Below are positions 35,376 to 48,249 of a DNA stretch of 48,979 bases, in pieces. Every line of letters begins with the position of its first letter. The first letter of the stretch is position 1. This stretch comes from Chiloscyllium plagiosum. Taxonomy: Eukaryota. The notes under the pieces were generated by a model. That model searched no databases, was not told the DNA's origin, and worked only from the letters and a program-made list of their open reading frames with translations. The translations under genes were made by a program, and so were the position numbers. The stretch covers positions 95,155-144,133 of the forward strand of contig NW_025215373.1 in assembly GCF_004010195.1 (NCBI RefSeq), read 5' to 3'.

Positions 35376-35827
35376 ACCTGGGAGAACGGCTGGCAGACAG
35401 GAAACAAAGCCTGGGATTATCCAGGTCTCCCACCCAGTGGCAGCCAGTGGCAAGTGGAGGAGCCCAGGGCTCATTGCGAGGTTACCAGCTCTCCCAATAT
35501 ATATTCATGATTCACCACTGCACCCTGGTGTTCCAGTAGTTCCCCAATGGTCTGGGCGTGGGAATACAGGAAATATCTTCTGCATGGCAAGATCCCACAA
35601 ACAATAAGGTGACGAGGGGTCCGAGAGCCTGTTTCAGTGATGGATGGGCCCTGAGGACACGGAGGGGAAACACACCCCAGTTCTTCCTCCGAGAGGCATG
35701 CTGTGGGATCTTGCCATGCCAGCTGAGGGGGCGGGCAGCGTGTCAGTCTGATGACAGCTGTTTTTGGTGATGTAACCTGACCGGACAAAGTGGGAGGGGC
35801 TCATCAATGATGTTGTTGTTGTTACAG

Positions 35828-35873
35828 CGGAGCAGCCTGACCACGATGTCCTGGTGCTGGTGGAGAAGAGACG
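35828..35873 (+). CDS. ARAP1: ARAP1 short exon, PH4 (EQPDHDVLVLVEKR)
   Basis: ttacag| ... CG|gtaaga; 46 nt; needed to bridge phase 1 to phase 2; VLVLVE.RR motif. Confidence 0.9.
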
Positions 35874-36001
35874 GTAAGACCCAAGGAAGGAGGCCACTCT
35901 GCCCACAGGCCTGCACTGCTATCCCATACAATTGTGGCCTCAGCTCCATCCTCCTGTCTGCCAATGCCACCCCCTCCTCCCATGATCCTTAATTAATTTT
36001 G

Positions 36002-36510
36002 GTACTCCCTCAGTACTGACCCTCCGACAGTGTGGCACTCCCTCAGCACTGACCCTCCGACAGTGCGGCTCTCCCTCAGCACTGACCCTCCGACACTGCG
36101 GGCGGCGTTCCCTCAGCACTGACTCTCCGACAGTGCGGCGATCCCTCAGCACTTACCCTCCGACAGTGCGGCACTCCCTCAGCACTGACCATCCGGCAGT
36201 GCCAACTCCCTCAGCACTGACCCTCCGACAGTGCGGCACTCCCTCAGCACTTACCCTCCAACAGTGCAGCACTCCCTCAGCACTGTCCTTCCGGCAGTGC
36301 CCACTCCCTCAGCACTGACCCTCCAACAGTGCCCACTCCCTCAGCACTGCCCCTCCGAAATTGCCCACTCCCTCAGCACTGACCTTCCGGCAGTGTGGCG
36401 CTCCAGTGCGGCACTCCCTCAGCACTGACCCTCCGACAGTGCGGCACTCCCTCAGCACTGACCCTCTGACAGTGCGGCACACCCTCAGCACTGACCCTCC
36501 GACAGTGCGG
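36002..36510 (-). repeat. Same 33-bp minisatellite in the opposite orientation, about 15 copies
   Basis: (ccctcagcactgaccctccgacagtgcggcact)n. Confidence 0.93.
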
Positions 36511-36661
36511 TGTTCTGTGTGAGTGTGATTTTTGTGGTAGGTGGGATTTGAAGCTGGAACCTGGTTAGTGCCGAGAGATGTGATGTGGTGAGCGGAGACG
36601 ATAATAAGGTGTTGACGCCGTTATGTCACAGTGCCTCCCCTCCTCTTTCCCCCCCCCGCAG

Positions 36662-36825
36662 GACCCTGTACATTCAGGCAGAGAGGAAGCTGGACTTTAT
36701 CGGCTGGAACAGTTTGATCCAGCGAGCCGCGGCCAGTGCGGGCAACACTCTGTCTGAGCAGCAACTCACCGATGAGGACATCCCTGTCATTGTCGACCGA
36801 TGCATTGCCTACGTCACCCAGTACG
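36662..36825 (+). CDS. ARAP1: ARAP1 exon, end of PH4/start of RhoGAP (TLYIQAERKLDF...DIPVIVDRCIAYVTQY)
   Basis: cgcag| ... G|gtgagt; 164 nt. Confidence 0.94.
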
Positions 36826-37527
36826 GTGAGTCACCTCTGCCCCCGCGCACCATGCTGGGTCAGCTCCGCCATCTTGGGTTGGTGGGTGGTGGGGATCATG
36901 TGACCTCTCAGTGTTTGTCCTCGTACGTGGTCCCAGCACCTGTTCCCAGGGAACGAGGAGATCTGGTGGTGCGATGGGGATTTTGGAAACAGTTGCACGT
37001 GAGAGGTAGTTGGCCTCTCGAGCCTGCTCCAGTGTTCATTTGTGAGATGGTTGAGCTTTCACTTCAACACCATCTTCTCCCATTGTCCCTCAATCTGTTT
37101 AACTGGAACACCACCCCAAGCAAGTTTCCCCCCCAAGCCGCTCATCATCTTGACTTGGAAATATATCCTTCAGTGTCGCTGGGTCAAAATCCTGCAGTTC
37201 CCTCCCAAAGGCAGCTCACCCCAACCTTCTCAAGGGGCAACTAGGGACGGGCAATAAATACTGGGCACCTACATCCACAAATGAATAAAGAATAATGTTG
37301 AGAAATGCCTCGCGGTATACTCGCTGGACTGTTAATCCAGAGACCCAGGGAATGCTCTGGGGACCCAGGTTCAAATCCTGGCACAGCAGATGGTAGAATT
37401 TGAATTCAATGAAAATAACGTGGAAGTAAGAGTCAGATATTTTAGGGATATTTACGCGACTCTTGGATTGGCACATGGGTGATAGTAAAATAAAGGGTAT
37501 GTAGGTTCGTCTGATCCCAGAGTAGGA

Positions 37528-37890
37528 CTCGGATTTCACCAGTTTCCTCATTTCCCCTCCCCCCAGCCTGTCTCAGTCAAATCCATCAAATTCAGCACCG
37601 CCTTCCTAACCTGCAATCGTCTTCCCGACCTCTCCACCCCCCACCCCAGCCTGACGTATCACCCTCACCTTGACCTCTTTCCACCTATCACATTTCCGAC
37701 GCCCCTCCCCCAAGTCCCTCCTCCCTATCTTTTATCTTAGCCTGCTGGACCAACTTTCCTCATTCCTGAAGAAGGGCTAATGCCCGAAACGTCGATTCTC
37801 CTGTTCCCTAGATGCTGCCTGACCTGCTGCGCTTTTCCAGCAACACATTTCCATCTCTGATCTCCGGCATCTGCAGACCTCACTTTCTCC
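37528..37890 (+). mobile_element. Penelope-like 3' fragment with a hammerhead at 37766-37793
   Basis: CTGAAGA a gggc taat gccc GAAA cg TC; perfect 13-bp direct repeat tcccagagtagga at 37515-37527 and 37891-37903. Confidence 0.78.
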
Positions 37891-39197
37891 TCCCAGAGTA
37901 GGATCAAGGTTGGCACAACATCGAGGGCTGAAGGGCGAGTGAGGTTCTAATGATAACCATTGTTGGGAAAAGCCCACCCAGTTTACTTTAGAGAGGGAAA
38001 CTGCCATCCTTACCCAGTCTGACCTACATGTGACTCCAGACCCACAGCAATGGGGTTGACTCTTCAACTGCCCTCTGGGTAATTCGGGATAGGCAATAAA
38101 TGCAGGACCATCCAGTGACGCTATTGTCCAATGAGTGAAGAACTAGTTCACGTCTCACTGAGGCTGAACCTGGTTCCTCCAATTTCCTGATAACCTTTCA
38201 CCCCCTTCCCAGATGATCAAGTCGCTTCCGAGCTCTGCTTGAAAAAAACATTCTAGGCCTTTGCTCCCAACATCCTTTCAGGAAGAGCTTTCCGAAGACT
38301 CACGACCCTCCGTGAGAACGGTTCTCCCTTCATTGCTGTCTTAGATCGGAGACCACCTCATTTTTAAACCCATCGAAGACAGAGATGAGGAGGACCGTCC
38401 TCTTTCAGGGGGGAGTGAATCTGTGGGTCTCCTTGCTACACAGGGCTGTAGGGGCTGGGTCATTACGCAGACTCAAGGCTGAGAGACCGAGGTTGTGAAT
38501 CAGGAAGGGGCATTGATGGTCATGGGTGGGGAGGGGGAAGGCAGGAAGGTGGAGCTGAGGATTATCAGATCGGCCACAATCTCCTGGAATGGGGGAGCAG
38601 ACTCGATGGGCTGAATGGCCTCCTTCTGCTCCCATGTCTTTAAAATCATGGGCCTACCTGGGGGGTTGACAGATGGAGGTAAGGGGGGCAATGCTGGAGG
38701 GTTAATTGAATATTTTGCATCTATGTTTACCAATGGGGCAGGCCATGTTAACAGGGGAGGAGGGGGAGTTAGTGGGTAAAGAAGTGGGATTGGATAATAT
38801 AGAATCTAGGAGCAGGAGTAGGCCATTCAGCCCTTCAGACCTGCTCCACCATCCCATATGATCATGGCTGATTATCCGACTCCGTCCCCTCTTCCCGTTT
38901 TCTCTCCCATTCCTTTTGATCCCTTTATCCCCAAGAACTCTATCTAACCCCATCTTGAAAACATTCAATGTTTTGGCCTCAAACGTTGTCTGTGATAGAG
39001 AACTCCCCAGGCTTCGCACTCACTGGGCGAAGACATTCCTCCCCATCTCGGTCTTACCCTGTATCCTCATCCTGTCCCAGTCACCAGGAATATCCTTCCT
39101 GTGTTTGCCCTGCCTGCTGTGGCTGGGACGTTCCAGGTATTTGGTGTGATGGTGGCTGAGGCCCTGTCGTCGTAATCCCTGATTTGCTGTCCCGCAG

Positions 39198-39413
39198 GTT
39201 TGACCTCCGAGGGGATTTACAGGAAGAGTGGACAGAAGTCGAAGACCACCAGCCTGCTGGAGATGTTCTTGAAGGACGCTCGCAGCGTGCGGCTGAGGGA
39301 AGGGGAGCATCAGGTCGATGATGTCTCCAACACTCTGAAACGGTTATTCAGGGAGAGTATCGGAGAGAGCGTTTTCACCGACCAGATCTACCAGGACTGG
39401 CTGCACGCTTCGA
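39198..39413 (+). CDS. ARAP1: ARAP1 exon, RhoGAP with arginine finger (GLTSEGIYRKSG...DWLHAS)
   Basis: cgcag| ... A|gtatgt; 216 nt. Confidence 0.94.
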
Positions 39414-39798
39414 GTATGTGAGGAATCTAGCTGCCCTTTCTGAAGCGTACACGGTCGCTCTCTCCTGAAGCTGCCAAGCTTTAAACTGCTCCGGAAGGAC
39501 AGTCATTGGACCCGAGATATTAAACGCTGTTTTTCTCTCTCTCCTGCTAGCAGACCTGCTGAGTTTCTCCAGCACTTGGTGTTTCAGTCCAAAACTCAGG
39601 GTTGGGGGGGTGGGGGGGGGCGGGGTTTGGCCAAGTTGCTGCGACAAAGAGAGGCTGTGATAGGATGTAACGCAGAGAGACACTGATCTAAAACCATCAG
39701 CTAACTGAGCTAAGGAAAGGTTCTTGGACAGCAGTGAGTAATGAAGATGCTGAATTGAATTGGCCTTATTGTCCCCATGTATTCACGTGAGAATAATT

Positions 39799-40133
39799 GA
39801 ATCCCTATACTGTGAAAACAGGCCATTCGGCCCATTGATTCCATACCCACTAGCCCCCACCCAAAGGTCCAGCGCACCCTATCCCTGGAACCCTGCCTTT
39901 CCCATGGCCAATCCACTGAGCTCCACATCCCTGGCACTCTGGGCTAATTTCCCATGGCCAATCCACCCTAACCTGCACATCTTTGGACTGTGAGAGGAAA
40001 TTGGAGCATTTGGGGGAAACCTACCCAGACACGGGGAGAATGTGCAAACTCCACACAGACAGTAGCCCGAGACTGGAATTGAACCCAGGTCCCTGGTGCT
40101 GTGAGGTAGCCGTGCTAGCCACCGTGCCACCCC
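39799..40133 (-). mobile_element. HE1-type V-SINE
   Basis: Same head, V-domain and tail. Confidence 0.78.
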
Positions 40134-40656
40134 AGATGAGTACAGTGAAAAGTTTACAAGTCACCACTTACACCAGCATCTTGGGTACGTGGGTATTGCT
40201 TCTTCAGTTTGTAACAATGTCACTGACACACTGCGCGTTCTTGGGTACAGGGTACCTTGGTACAATCCTTACGTACAGGATTGAGAAATGGATGCAGGTC
40301 CATTTGTGATGTTGAATTGAGGGATTGGTTGAGGTTTGGGCTTGGCCAGTGGGGATTGACATCCAGCAGCAGGAGGTAGGGGGGAGGGGGTGGAGTGGTC
40401 TGGTGAAAATGGGAGCCTCACACCCAGCCCCCATTGCATGCCAGGCCATTGAGCCCTCTTCGCAAATGGGACTAACCCCCCCCCCCCCCCCACCTCCTAA
40501 AGGCCGCGTCAGTGCGAGGAACTCCAGTGTCATGGCCGCCCAGACGACTCATGAGTAATCCCGCTCCTTCTCGAAGGAAGGGCGGGTAGGGTACCAACGC
40601 AGCAATGAAACTGTCGCAGTCGTTCTGTAAACCCTTGGTTTTCCTGTATTTCTCAG

Positions 40657-40762
40657 TGATTCCTGAAGAGAAACAGAAGATCCTGCAATATCAGAAGCTG
40701 TTCATGTGTCTACCCAAAGTCAACCGGGCCACGCTGAAAGCCTTGATCAACCACCTGTACTG
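40657..40762 (+). CDS. ARAP1: ARAP1 exon, RhoGAP (IPEEKQKILQYQKLFMCLPKVNRATLKALINHLY)
   Basis: tctcag| ... TG|gtaaga; 106 nt; translated by hand. Confidence 0.93.
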
Positions 40763-41654
40763 GTAAGACCATGGTTCCCACTCACTCAACCCTGCACCAG
40801 CACCTCCTGCACCCCAAAGGGGTCACCCGCATCTGGGCTGAGAGTCCTGACATCCATTAGGGTGGTGAGACCCCAGAACCCCGGGGAAAACCTTGATTGG
40901 TTGGCTCTCTGATCGATTATTATAATCACACAATGACGCAAGATGCAGACATTTCAAGTGCTTGCAGTTTCAGCCACTAATGCTTTAAGCAGTCTGGACG
41001 ACTGACACTTTTCTTGGTGGATTTGTGAAAGGAATTTTGTTTTAAGAATACGGAGAGTTATGGATTTTATTTTAAAGCTTATTTTTAATTTTTTTTAAAC
41101 ACGTTCTTTTGTCACTTGACCCATGTTCTAATCTGACCACAGCAGATGGTGGAATTTAGATTTGATAAAAATCCAGAATTAAGGCTCTACTGATGACGTG
41201 TAACCACTGTCAATTGTTGTTAAGAACCCATCTAATGCCCTCTGAGGAAGGAATTCTACCATCTTTACCCAGTCTGACCTCCATGTGACTCCAGACCCAC
41301 AGTAAATGTGGGTGACACTTAACTGCCCCCTGAAGTAGCAGGGTGAGGCACTCAGTTCGAGGGCAGTTAGGGCTGGGGTGATGGATGCTGGCCTTACTCC
41401 ATATCCCATGGAGGAATACAGAGAAAAGGGCTTTCCTTTCTCTCTTTGAGAGTGTGTCAGGGGCCAGTTTACACCCACCCAGCCTCAACGCATCACCCCA
41501 TTTAAAAGGTGGCATCGCTGGCAGTGAGGCACTCCCGTGCTGGACCATTCCCCCTCCCTTGTGATTCCAGGCTGTCAGTGCCACCCCTTGAGCTCTGGGC
41601 AGTTGGTTGTGCCTCAGGTTCTCATCCTTTGCCAGCTGCAGAGTCGTCACGATT

Positions 41655-42110
41655 CTACATAGAACAGTACAGGCCCTTCGGCCCTCGATGTTAACGTAGA
41701 ACATTCCAGCACAGTACAGGCCCTTCGGCCCTCAATGTTAACATAGAACATTCCAGCACAGTACAGGCCCTTCGGCCCTCGATGTTGCACCGACCTGTGG
41801 AAACAATCTGAAGCCCATCTAACCTGCGCTATTCGATTTTCATCCATATGTTTGTTCAATAACCATTTAAATGCCCTTAAAGTTGGTGAGTCTACTACAG
41901 TTGGAGGCAGGGCATTCCACGCCCTTACTACTCTGAGAAAACAACCCACCTCTCTCCTGTATCTATCACCCCTCAATTTAAAGCTATGACCCCTCGAGCT
42001 GGCCATCACCATCCAAGGAAAAAGGCTCTCCCTGTCCATCCTATCTAACCCTCTGATTATCTTGTATGTCTGTGTTAAGGCGCCTCTTAACCTCCTTCTC
42101 TCTAACGAAT
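41655..42110 (-). mobile_element. CR1-type LINE 3' fragment with a tandemly triplicated tail of about 44 bp
   Basis: SLERRRLRGALTQTYKIIRGLDR; acatagaacattccagcacagtacaggcccttcggccctc repeated at 41655-41790. Confidence 0.8.
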
Positions 42111-42217
42111 TCTTGAAGAGACCTGCAGAGCTGTGCAGTGGGGAAGGAGTGTCCATGGTGGTTGGAGTGTTGACGTGTGGCGGTTAATGATTTGTTTGTT
42201 TTTTGGGCCTCCCCCAG

Positions 42218-42365
42218 TGTCCAGAGGCTGTCAGACAAGAACCAAATGACAGTGCACAACCTGGCCATTGTGTTTGGGCCAACACTGTTCCAGATGGATG
42301 GACAGGACAACAAGGCTGGCCGTGTGGTGGAGGATCTCATTAATCACTTCATTGACCTCTTCAAC
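42218..42365 (+). CDS. ARAP1: ARAP1 exon, RhoGAP (VQRLSDKNQMTVHNLAIVFGPTLF...FIDLFN)
   Basis: cccag| ... AAC|gtaagt; 148 nt; N.M...NLAIVFGPTL signature. Confidence 0.95.
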
Positions 42366-42719
42366 GTAAGTTGCCCCCGGGGGAAAACCGAAGGGGTCAG
42401 TTAGCTCTGTTGGCTGGATAGTGATGCAGTGTGGCGCTGACAGCGTAAGTTCAGTAGCTGCACCAGACCCTCCTCCTTAACCTTTCCCATTGCCTGATGC
42501 ATGGTGACCGTCACCAGTTAAACCACCGTCGGTCTCGTGTCTCGTGATTTATTGCCTTGTGCACCGTGAAACATCTTGTGGACAAGCAGATCATAGCAAA
42601 CAAGGATGTACAGATCAAAAAGATTTAGACAGAGGTATACAATTATATTGCACAGGGTGTGTCTTTGGTGAGAGCAACGTTAGCAAGATCAGCATTACTT
42701 GAAGCTAAAGAGTCGATTC

Positions 42720-43090
42720 ATCAGTCGAATAATCGGGAAGAAGCTGTTCCTGAACCTGCTGGTGTTCTGCCAGACCGAAGAGGTTGTCGGAGATTATCAG
42801 AGTGTGATAAGTCTTTGATGATGTTGGCAGCCTTTCCAAGGCAATGAGAGGTGTAGACTGAGTCCACGTATGGAAAGTTGGCTCCCATGATGGTCTGGGC
42901 TACGCACTTCACCTTCTGTAGTTTCTTACAGTCTGTGGCACAGCAGTTGCCGTACCAGGCCGTTATGCACCCAGACAGTATGCTCTCAATGGTGCATCTG
43001 TAGATGTTGGTGAGGGTCCATACAGACATGCTGAATTTCCTGTGCCGCCTGAGGGAGAAGAGGTGTTGTTGTGCTTTCTTGACCATCTCC
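42720..43090 (-). mobile_element. Rex1/Babar-type LINE fragment
   Basis: KKAQQHLFSLRRHRKF...YRCTIESILSGCITAWYGNC...AANIIKDLSH. Confidence 0.82.
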
Positions 43091-44993
43091 CTCTGTCTCA
43101 TGAGGGAGCAGCCCCACCGCCCCTTAGGACTGTGGCAAGTTAACTTTTATACCTCAGATAAAACCCTTCCTCCGATACTGTCTGCTGTCACCACCTCTTC
43201 ACATCCCCATTACACACCTCACTCCCCCCAGTCCCTGACCCCTCATCTGCCTATGTTTAGGACACGGGGCAAAACATTAAGTTCTTCATTGCCAAGGGGG
43301 TCAAGGGTTACGAGGTAAAAGCAGGAAAATGGGGTTGAAAAACCTATCAGCCATGATTGAATGGCGGAGCAGACTGGATGGGCTGAATGGCCTAATTTCT
43401 GCTCCTATATCTTATGGGGTATTGTCTTATTTATGAAGGACAATCATAGACTGAGAATTAGGGCCAGACTGTTCAGGAGAGATGTTAGAAAGCAATTCTA
43501 CACACGAAGGGTGGGAGAGGTTTGGAACTCTGTCCCACAAACCATAGAGAATGCTGGATCAGTTGATAATTTTAAATCTGAGACAGATACATTTTTTTTG
43601 TTAAGCAAAGATATTAAGGGACATGGGCCAAAGGCAGGGATGTGGAGTTAGGCCACAGGTCAGCCATGATCCCATTGAATGGTGGTACAGGCTCAAGGGG
43701 CTGAATGGCCTCCTGCTGCTCCTACGTTCCTATTACACACTCGCCAATAACAGGAAATGAGTGGCCATTCAGCCCAAAGATAATGGCCCACATGAGTTGT
43801 CTTAGTGTGAAATGAGGGTGTAGTGTGGGATAATGATGACTCTTAACCCAATATAAAGGGTGACTGTGGACTGTCCGATGGGGAGAGGGTGAGCAGGTTG
43901 GGCCTAAACTCGTTGGAGTTTAGGAGATTGAGAGGTGACCTCATAGAAACACACCCGACTCTTCGGGGACTTGACAGGGGGAGATGTGGAGAGGTTGCTT
44001 CCCCCTGTGGGGACCCAGAATAAAGAGTTTCCCATTTAAGACAGGGATGAGGAGGAATTTCCTCTCTCCGCGGGGAGTGAATCTGGGGAATCCTTTACCA
44101 CGGAGGGCTGTCGAGGCTGGGTCACTGAGGATATTCAAGGCTCAGAGAGAGAGAGATTGTTAATCGGGAAGGGAATCGAGGGAATAGGCAGGAAAATGGT
44201 GTTCGCCATGATCTCAGCGAATGGGGGAACAGACTCAATGGGCTGAATGGCCTCATGTTATTGGGGTGAGCAGGAATACACAAAACAAATTTTTGAAAAG
44301 TCACAAAAGTAATGAGGAAACCTCCCTACGGAGTCTGTTGGGTTTAGGGATACACTGCGCTGGATGCCTGGTGGATTTGGGAATACTCCGTTCTGGGAGT
44401 CTGATGGGTTTGGGAATACAGTGTGGTGGGAGTCTCTCGGAGATATTTAACATCCAGCTTCGAAGAGATGGAGTGTGGGTCTCAGAGTAATAATTTAAAC
44501 TTGAATATGGGCAGCTACATGATCTGAAGTAAGTTGGGATTCTAAGCTAGAGAGAGTGTGAGTGAGTGAGCAGTCCGCATTGAAGGGGATCTCTGCACAT
44601 ACTTGGGTAAGTGTACTCTTACTGTGAAGAAACATTGTGAAGAGAAGACCTGCCATTGGTGATTTAACCAACAGACATTAAATAAAACTTCCAACTTCAG
44701 GAAGGATGTAAATACATTGGGAAGCAGCTCCGAGCAGGTTTACGGGATTGCTACCATGGTGAGTGGGTTGTTTTCTGAGGAATGGTGATACAGACTGGAT
44801 TTGTTGCCCCTGGCGTAAGGGGCTGACTGGATTGAGACGTGTAAGGTCCTGAGTGGAAGCAGGTTCCCTCAAGGAATCTCCGAGAGCATTAGGCGGTGAT
44901 TAGTAAAGGAACAGGGAGCAGGTGCTCACTCAGAGAGCTACCACAGACACAATGGCCTGAATGACCTCCTGCATTGTAATGATGCAGAACCTT

Positions 44994-45263
44994 AGAATCC
45001 CTACAGTGTGGAAACAGGCCCTTTGGCCCAACAAGTCCATACTGACCCGCTGAAGCGCTACCCACCCAGACCCATTCCTCTACATTTACCCCTTCACCTA
45101 ACACTACGGGCAATTTAGCCTGGCCAATTCACCTAACCTGAACATTTTTGGACTGTGGGAGGAAACCCACGCAGACACGGGGAGAATGTGCAAACTCCAC
45201 CCAGACAGTTGCCCTGGAATCGAACCCGGGTCTCTGGTGCTAACCACTGAGCCACCGTGCCAC
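44994..45263 (-). mobile_element. HE1-type V-SINE ending about 40 nt before exon 45301
   Basis: Same head (partly deleted), V-domain and tail. Confidence 0.78.
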
Positions 45264-45300
45264 TTTACACCTGTGACCTCTCTCTGTTTTGACTCCACAG

Positions 45301-45387
45301 GTGGATGAACAGCAGATTAAGAAGCAACTTGATGAAATTGTCAGCATCATTAAACTGAGGGATGCGTGCCTGGTCCAATCCAGCCAG
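45301..45387 (+). CDS. ARAP1: ARAP1 exon, RhoGAP-RA linker (VDEQQIKKQLDEIVSIIKLRDACLVQSSQ)
   Basis: cacag| ... CAG|gtaggc; 87 nt; translated by hand. Confidence 0.9.
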
Positions 45388-46166
45388 GTAGGCCGGGTTA
45401 TTCCTTATAGCCCTGGTTACCAACAAGAGCTACAAACCTGAGATCCCCACCATCCCCTCCCAAAATCTCCAGCGTTCCCTGTGTGTCATTCCAGAGTTAC
45501 TGATGGTCAGTCTCGGAGCCTTGTGGAAGACAATGCACTCTGAGACGCGCTGCGGCCCTGCGCTCAGCAATACTGACCAGTTCCGTTTGCAACACAAGCC
45601 CCAAACAGACCTCAATACCACGGCCCCAAAGCTCCCCACACAAACCAGAAACCGGTGTACCGCACGCCAAAACTGCCGCTGTTGGAAATCAGAAACAAAT
45701 AGAGAAATTGTTAGAAAAACTCAGCAGGGTCTGGCAGCTTCCATGGAGAGAGAAAGCAGGATTAACGTTTCGGGTCCAGTGACCCTCCTTCCGAACTACA
45801 AACTGCAAATCAGTTTGTTAGATGTTAAAAAGACTGCTTGGATCTAAAGGCCTCGAAAAGCCCTAAAAAGGACTTGTACCTTGTACGGTTCTGTTTAGTC
45901 TGACAGCTGGTATGTGACAGACCTTTAATACTGTCCTCATTATATCCTGGCAACTGACCTCATGGGGGGGTTATGGATCAGATCAGCCCAGCCCCCCCCC
46001 TCAGAATATTTTGGGAAGGTAAAGTAGACTCTAACCTTGTTTTAAAGGGTGATGTGATGTGGTGTGTTCCAGAAAGGGTGCGACTTGATGTTAAACGAAA
46101 CACGACGGTTAAAATACAAACAAAAGGAGGAATTTAGAATAGCTTAACTCCATCGGAAAACTTAAC

Positions 46167-46255
46167 CGAGTACTGGATCCGGTACCTATTACTACCCGAG
46201 TACTGACTCCAGTACCTATTACTAACCGAGTACTGGCTCCAGTACCTATTACTAA
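46167..46255. repeat. 30-bp tandem repeat x3
   Basis: cgagtactgg(a/c)tcc(g/a)gtacctattacta. Confidence 0.85.
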
Positions 46256-47178
46256 GTAATTTGCTGTGATACAGTAACATCCCATAAACACACCCCTTTG
46301 ACAAAAAGGCAGTTTCAGAAAGCGATTCTCCAATCCAGGAGGAAAACAAACATCATGAGCAGATTCTGGGAGAGTCGCAGCGAGGAGACCCTCTGTTGAG
46401 ACACAAAGACCTCAAATCTAAACCTACAAATTTAAAGAAAGTCAGAAACGCTGGTGTGGGGAGAGCTGGCCGGACCCAGGCTGCTTCTGCTGTTCCAACT
46501 TCTCAAAAGTAACCCCAAGGCCTCCCAAATTGTTGACCTTCTCCGAGACAGCTCGGAGCCCCTGGCCTTTCAACCTACTTTCCAAAACAAACCCAGCACA
46601 GAGTAACCTCACAGAGTGACAGCATCATCATCGGGTAAAGGTCTTAGTCTCTGTCTTACTGGGGTCACTTGCAGTATGACAGTCTGAGGGAAGGCTGCCT
46701 CAGTATACCTCAGGATTGGCCCGGACACCCAAATACCTGCTTCGGCAAAAATATACTCAGATACAGGAACAGGACCAAACATCTATTGAATCCTGCAGTT
46801 GCTACTTTACCTATCTCCTGTTGTTATGTTACGGGAGCAAATCCAAGTCCCAACTCATTGGGTATGAATACTCTATCAAAGACTGATCACAAAGGCAAGA
46901 CTGACCAGGAATTACCATGCTGAGGTAAAGATGCTGTGTCCCAGGGGATCACAGGGGATACTCTCTCATTACAGCGAGAGAGAGAGAGATTGGTGGAGGT
47001 TTAACGTGAGGGTGACAGTGCCTCAAGTGAGGGGAGAGATTGAGAAGGAGAGTCCTTCCTGGTAACCTCAGCTGATGCAGGAATCGAACCCACGCTGTTG
47101 GCATTGCTTTAGCTCAGTTGGCTGGTCAGCTGGTTTATGAGGCAGTGTGATGCTAACAGTGTGGGTTCAATTCCCCGC

Positions 47179-47268
47179 NNNNNNNNNNNNNNNNNNNNNN
47201 NNNNNNNNNNNNNNNNNNNNNNNNNNNNNNNNNNNNNNNNNNNNNNNNNNNNNNNNNNNNNNNNNNNN
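47179..47268. other. Assembly gap
   Basis: N run. Confidence 0.99.
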
Positions 47269-47270
47269 CT

Positions 47271-47353
<83 letters not shown>

Positions 47354-47439
47354 ATAACAGAGCAGCCCATGGTCTAGTAAAAATGGGATCCGTTTAGAAA
47401 GAAACAACTCTCAGATTAAAGATATCGCATTGGGTCAGA

Positions 47440-47980
47440 GATTCCTATTGCACAGAGACAGGCCCTTCCAGCCCAAACCCCATTTCCCTGCACTTGACTC
47501 ATCTCTTTCTACCCAGGTGATTGTCCAAATTCCCTTTAAATGTTGTTAATGTACCCACCTCAACCACTTCTGGCAGCTCATCCCATGTGCAACCCACCCT
47601 CTGAGTAAAAAAAAGTTGCCCCTCAGGTTCCCTTTTATTCTTTCCCCTCTAACCTTTGCCTGATGCTCTCTAGTCCTTGATTCCCCAACCCTGGGGAAAA
47701 GCCTGAGTGCGCTCACCCTATCCGTGCCTCTTATGATCTTATACACCTCTATAAGATCCCCCCTCAGTCTCCTACGCTCTAAAGACCAAAGTCCAACCTC
47801 TCCCTATAACTCAGACTGTTGAGCCCTGGCAATATCATTGTAAATTTCTTGTGCAGTCTTTCCAGTTTAAAAACATCCTTCCTGTAACAAGGTGACCAAA
47901 ATTGAACAATACTCCCAAGTGCGACCTCACCAACGTCCTGTACAACCACAACATAACTTCCCAATTTCTGTACTCGATTC
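47440..47980 (-). mobile_element. CR1-type LINE 3' fragment
   Basis: VQFWSPCYRKDVFKLER and YKIIRGTDRV...ESRTREH. Confidence 0.78.
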
Positions 47981-47984
47981 CCTG

Positions 47985-48166
47985 AACACTATGGGGCAGT
48001 TTAGCATGGCCAGTCCACCATAACCTGCACACCTTTGGACTGTGGGAGGAAACCCGTGCAAACACGGGGGAGAATGTGCAAACTCCACACAGACAGTCGC
48101 CCGAGGGTGGAATCGAACCCAGGCCCCCGGCGCTGTGAGGCTGCAGTGCTAACCACTGAGTCACCA
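47985..48166 (-). mobile_element. HE1-type V-SINE head joined to a CR1 fragment
   Basis: Head and V-domain homologous to the other copies. Confidence 0.72.
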
Positions 48167-48249
48167 TGAATTTGTAACATAAGCAATGTTGGAACTGGCT
48201 TGAGGGGCTGAATGGCCTACTCCTGCTTGTTTTTTTTTTAATTTGATGA

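Noticed and set aside
45970..46630. Possible solo LTR
   Set aside because: Ends only loosely resemble TG...CA, with no TSD or second copy in the window; cannot be supported here.
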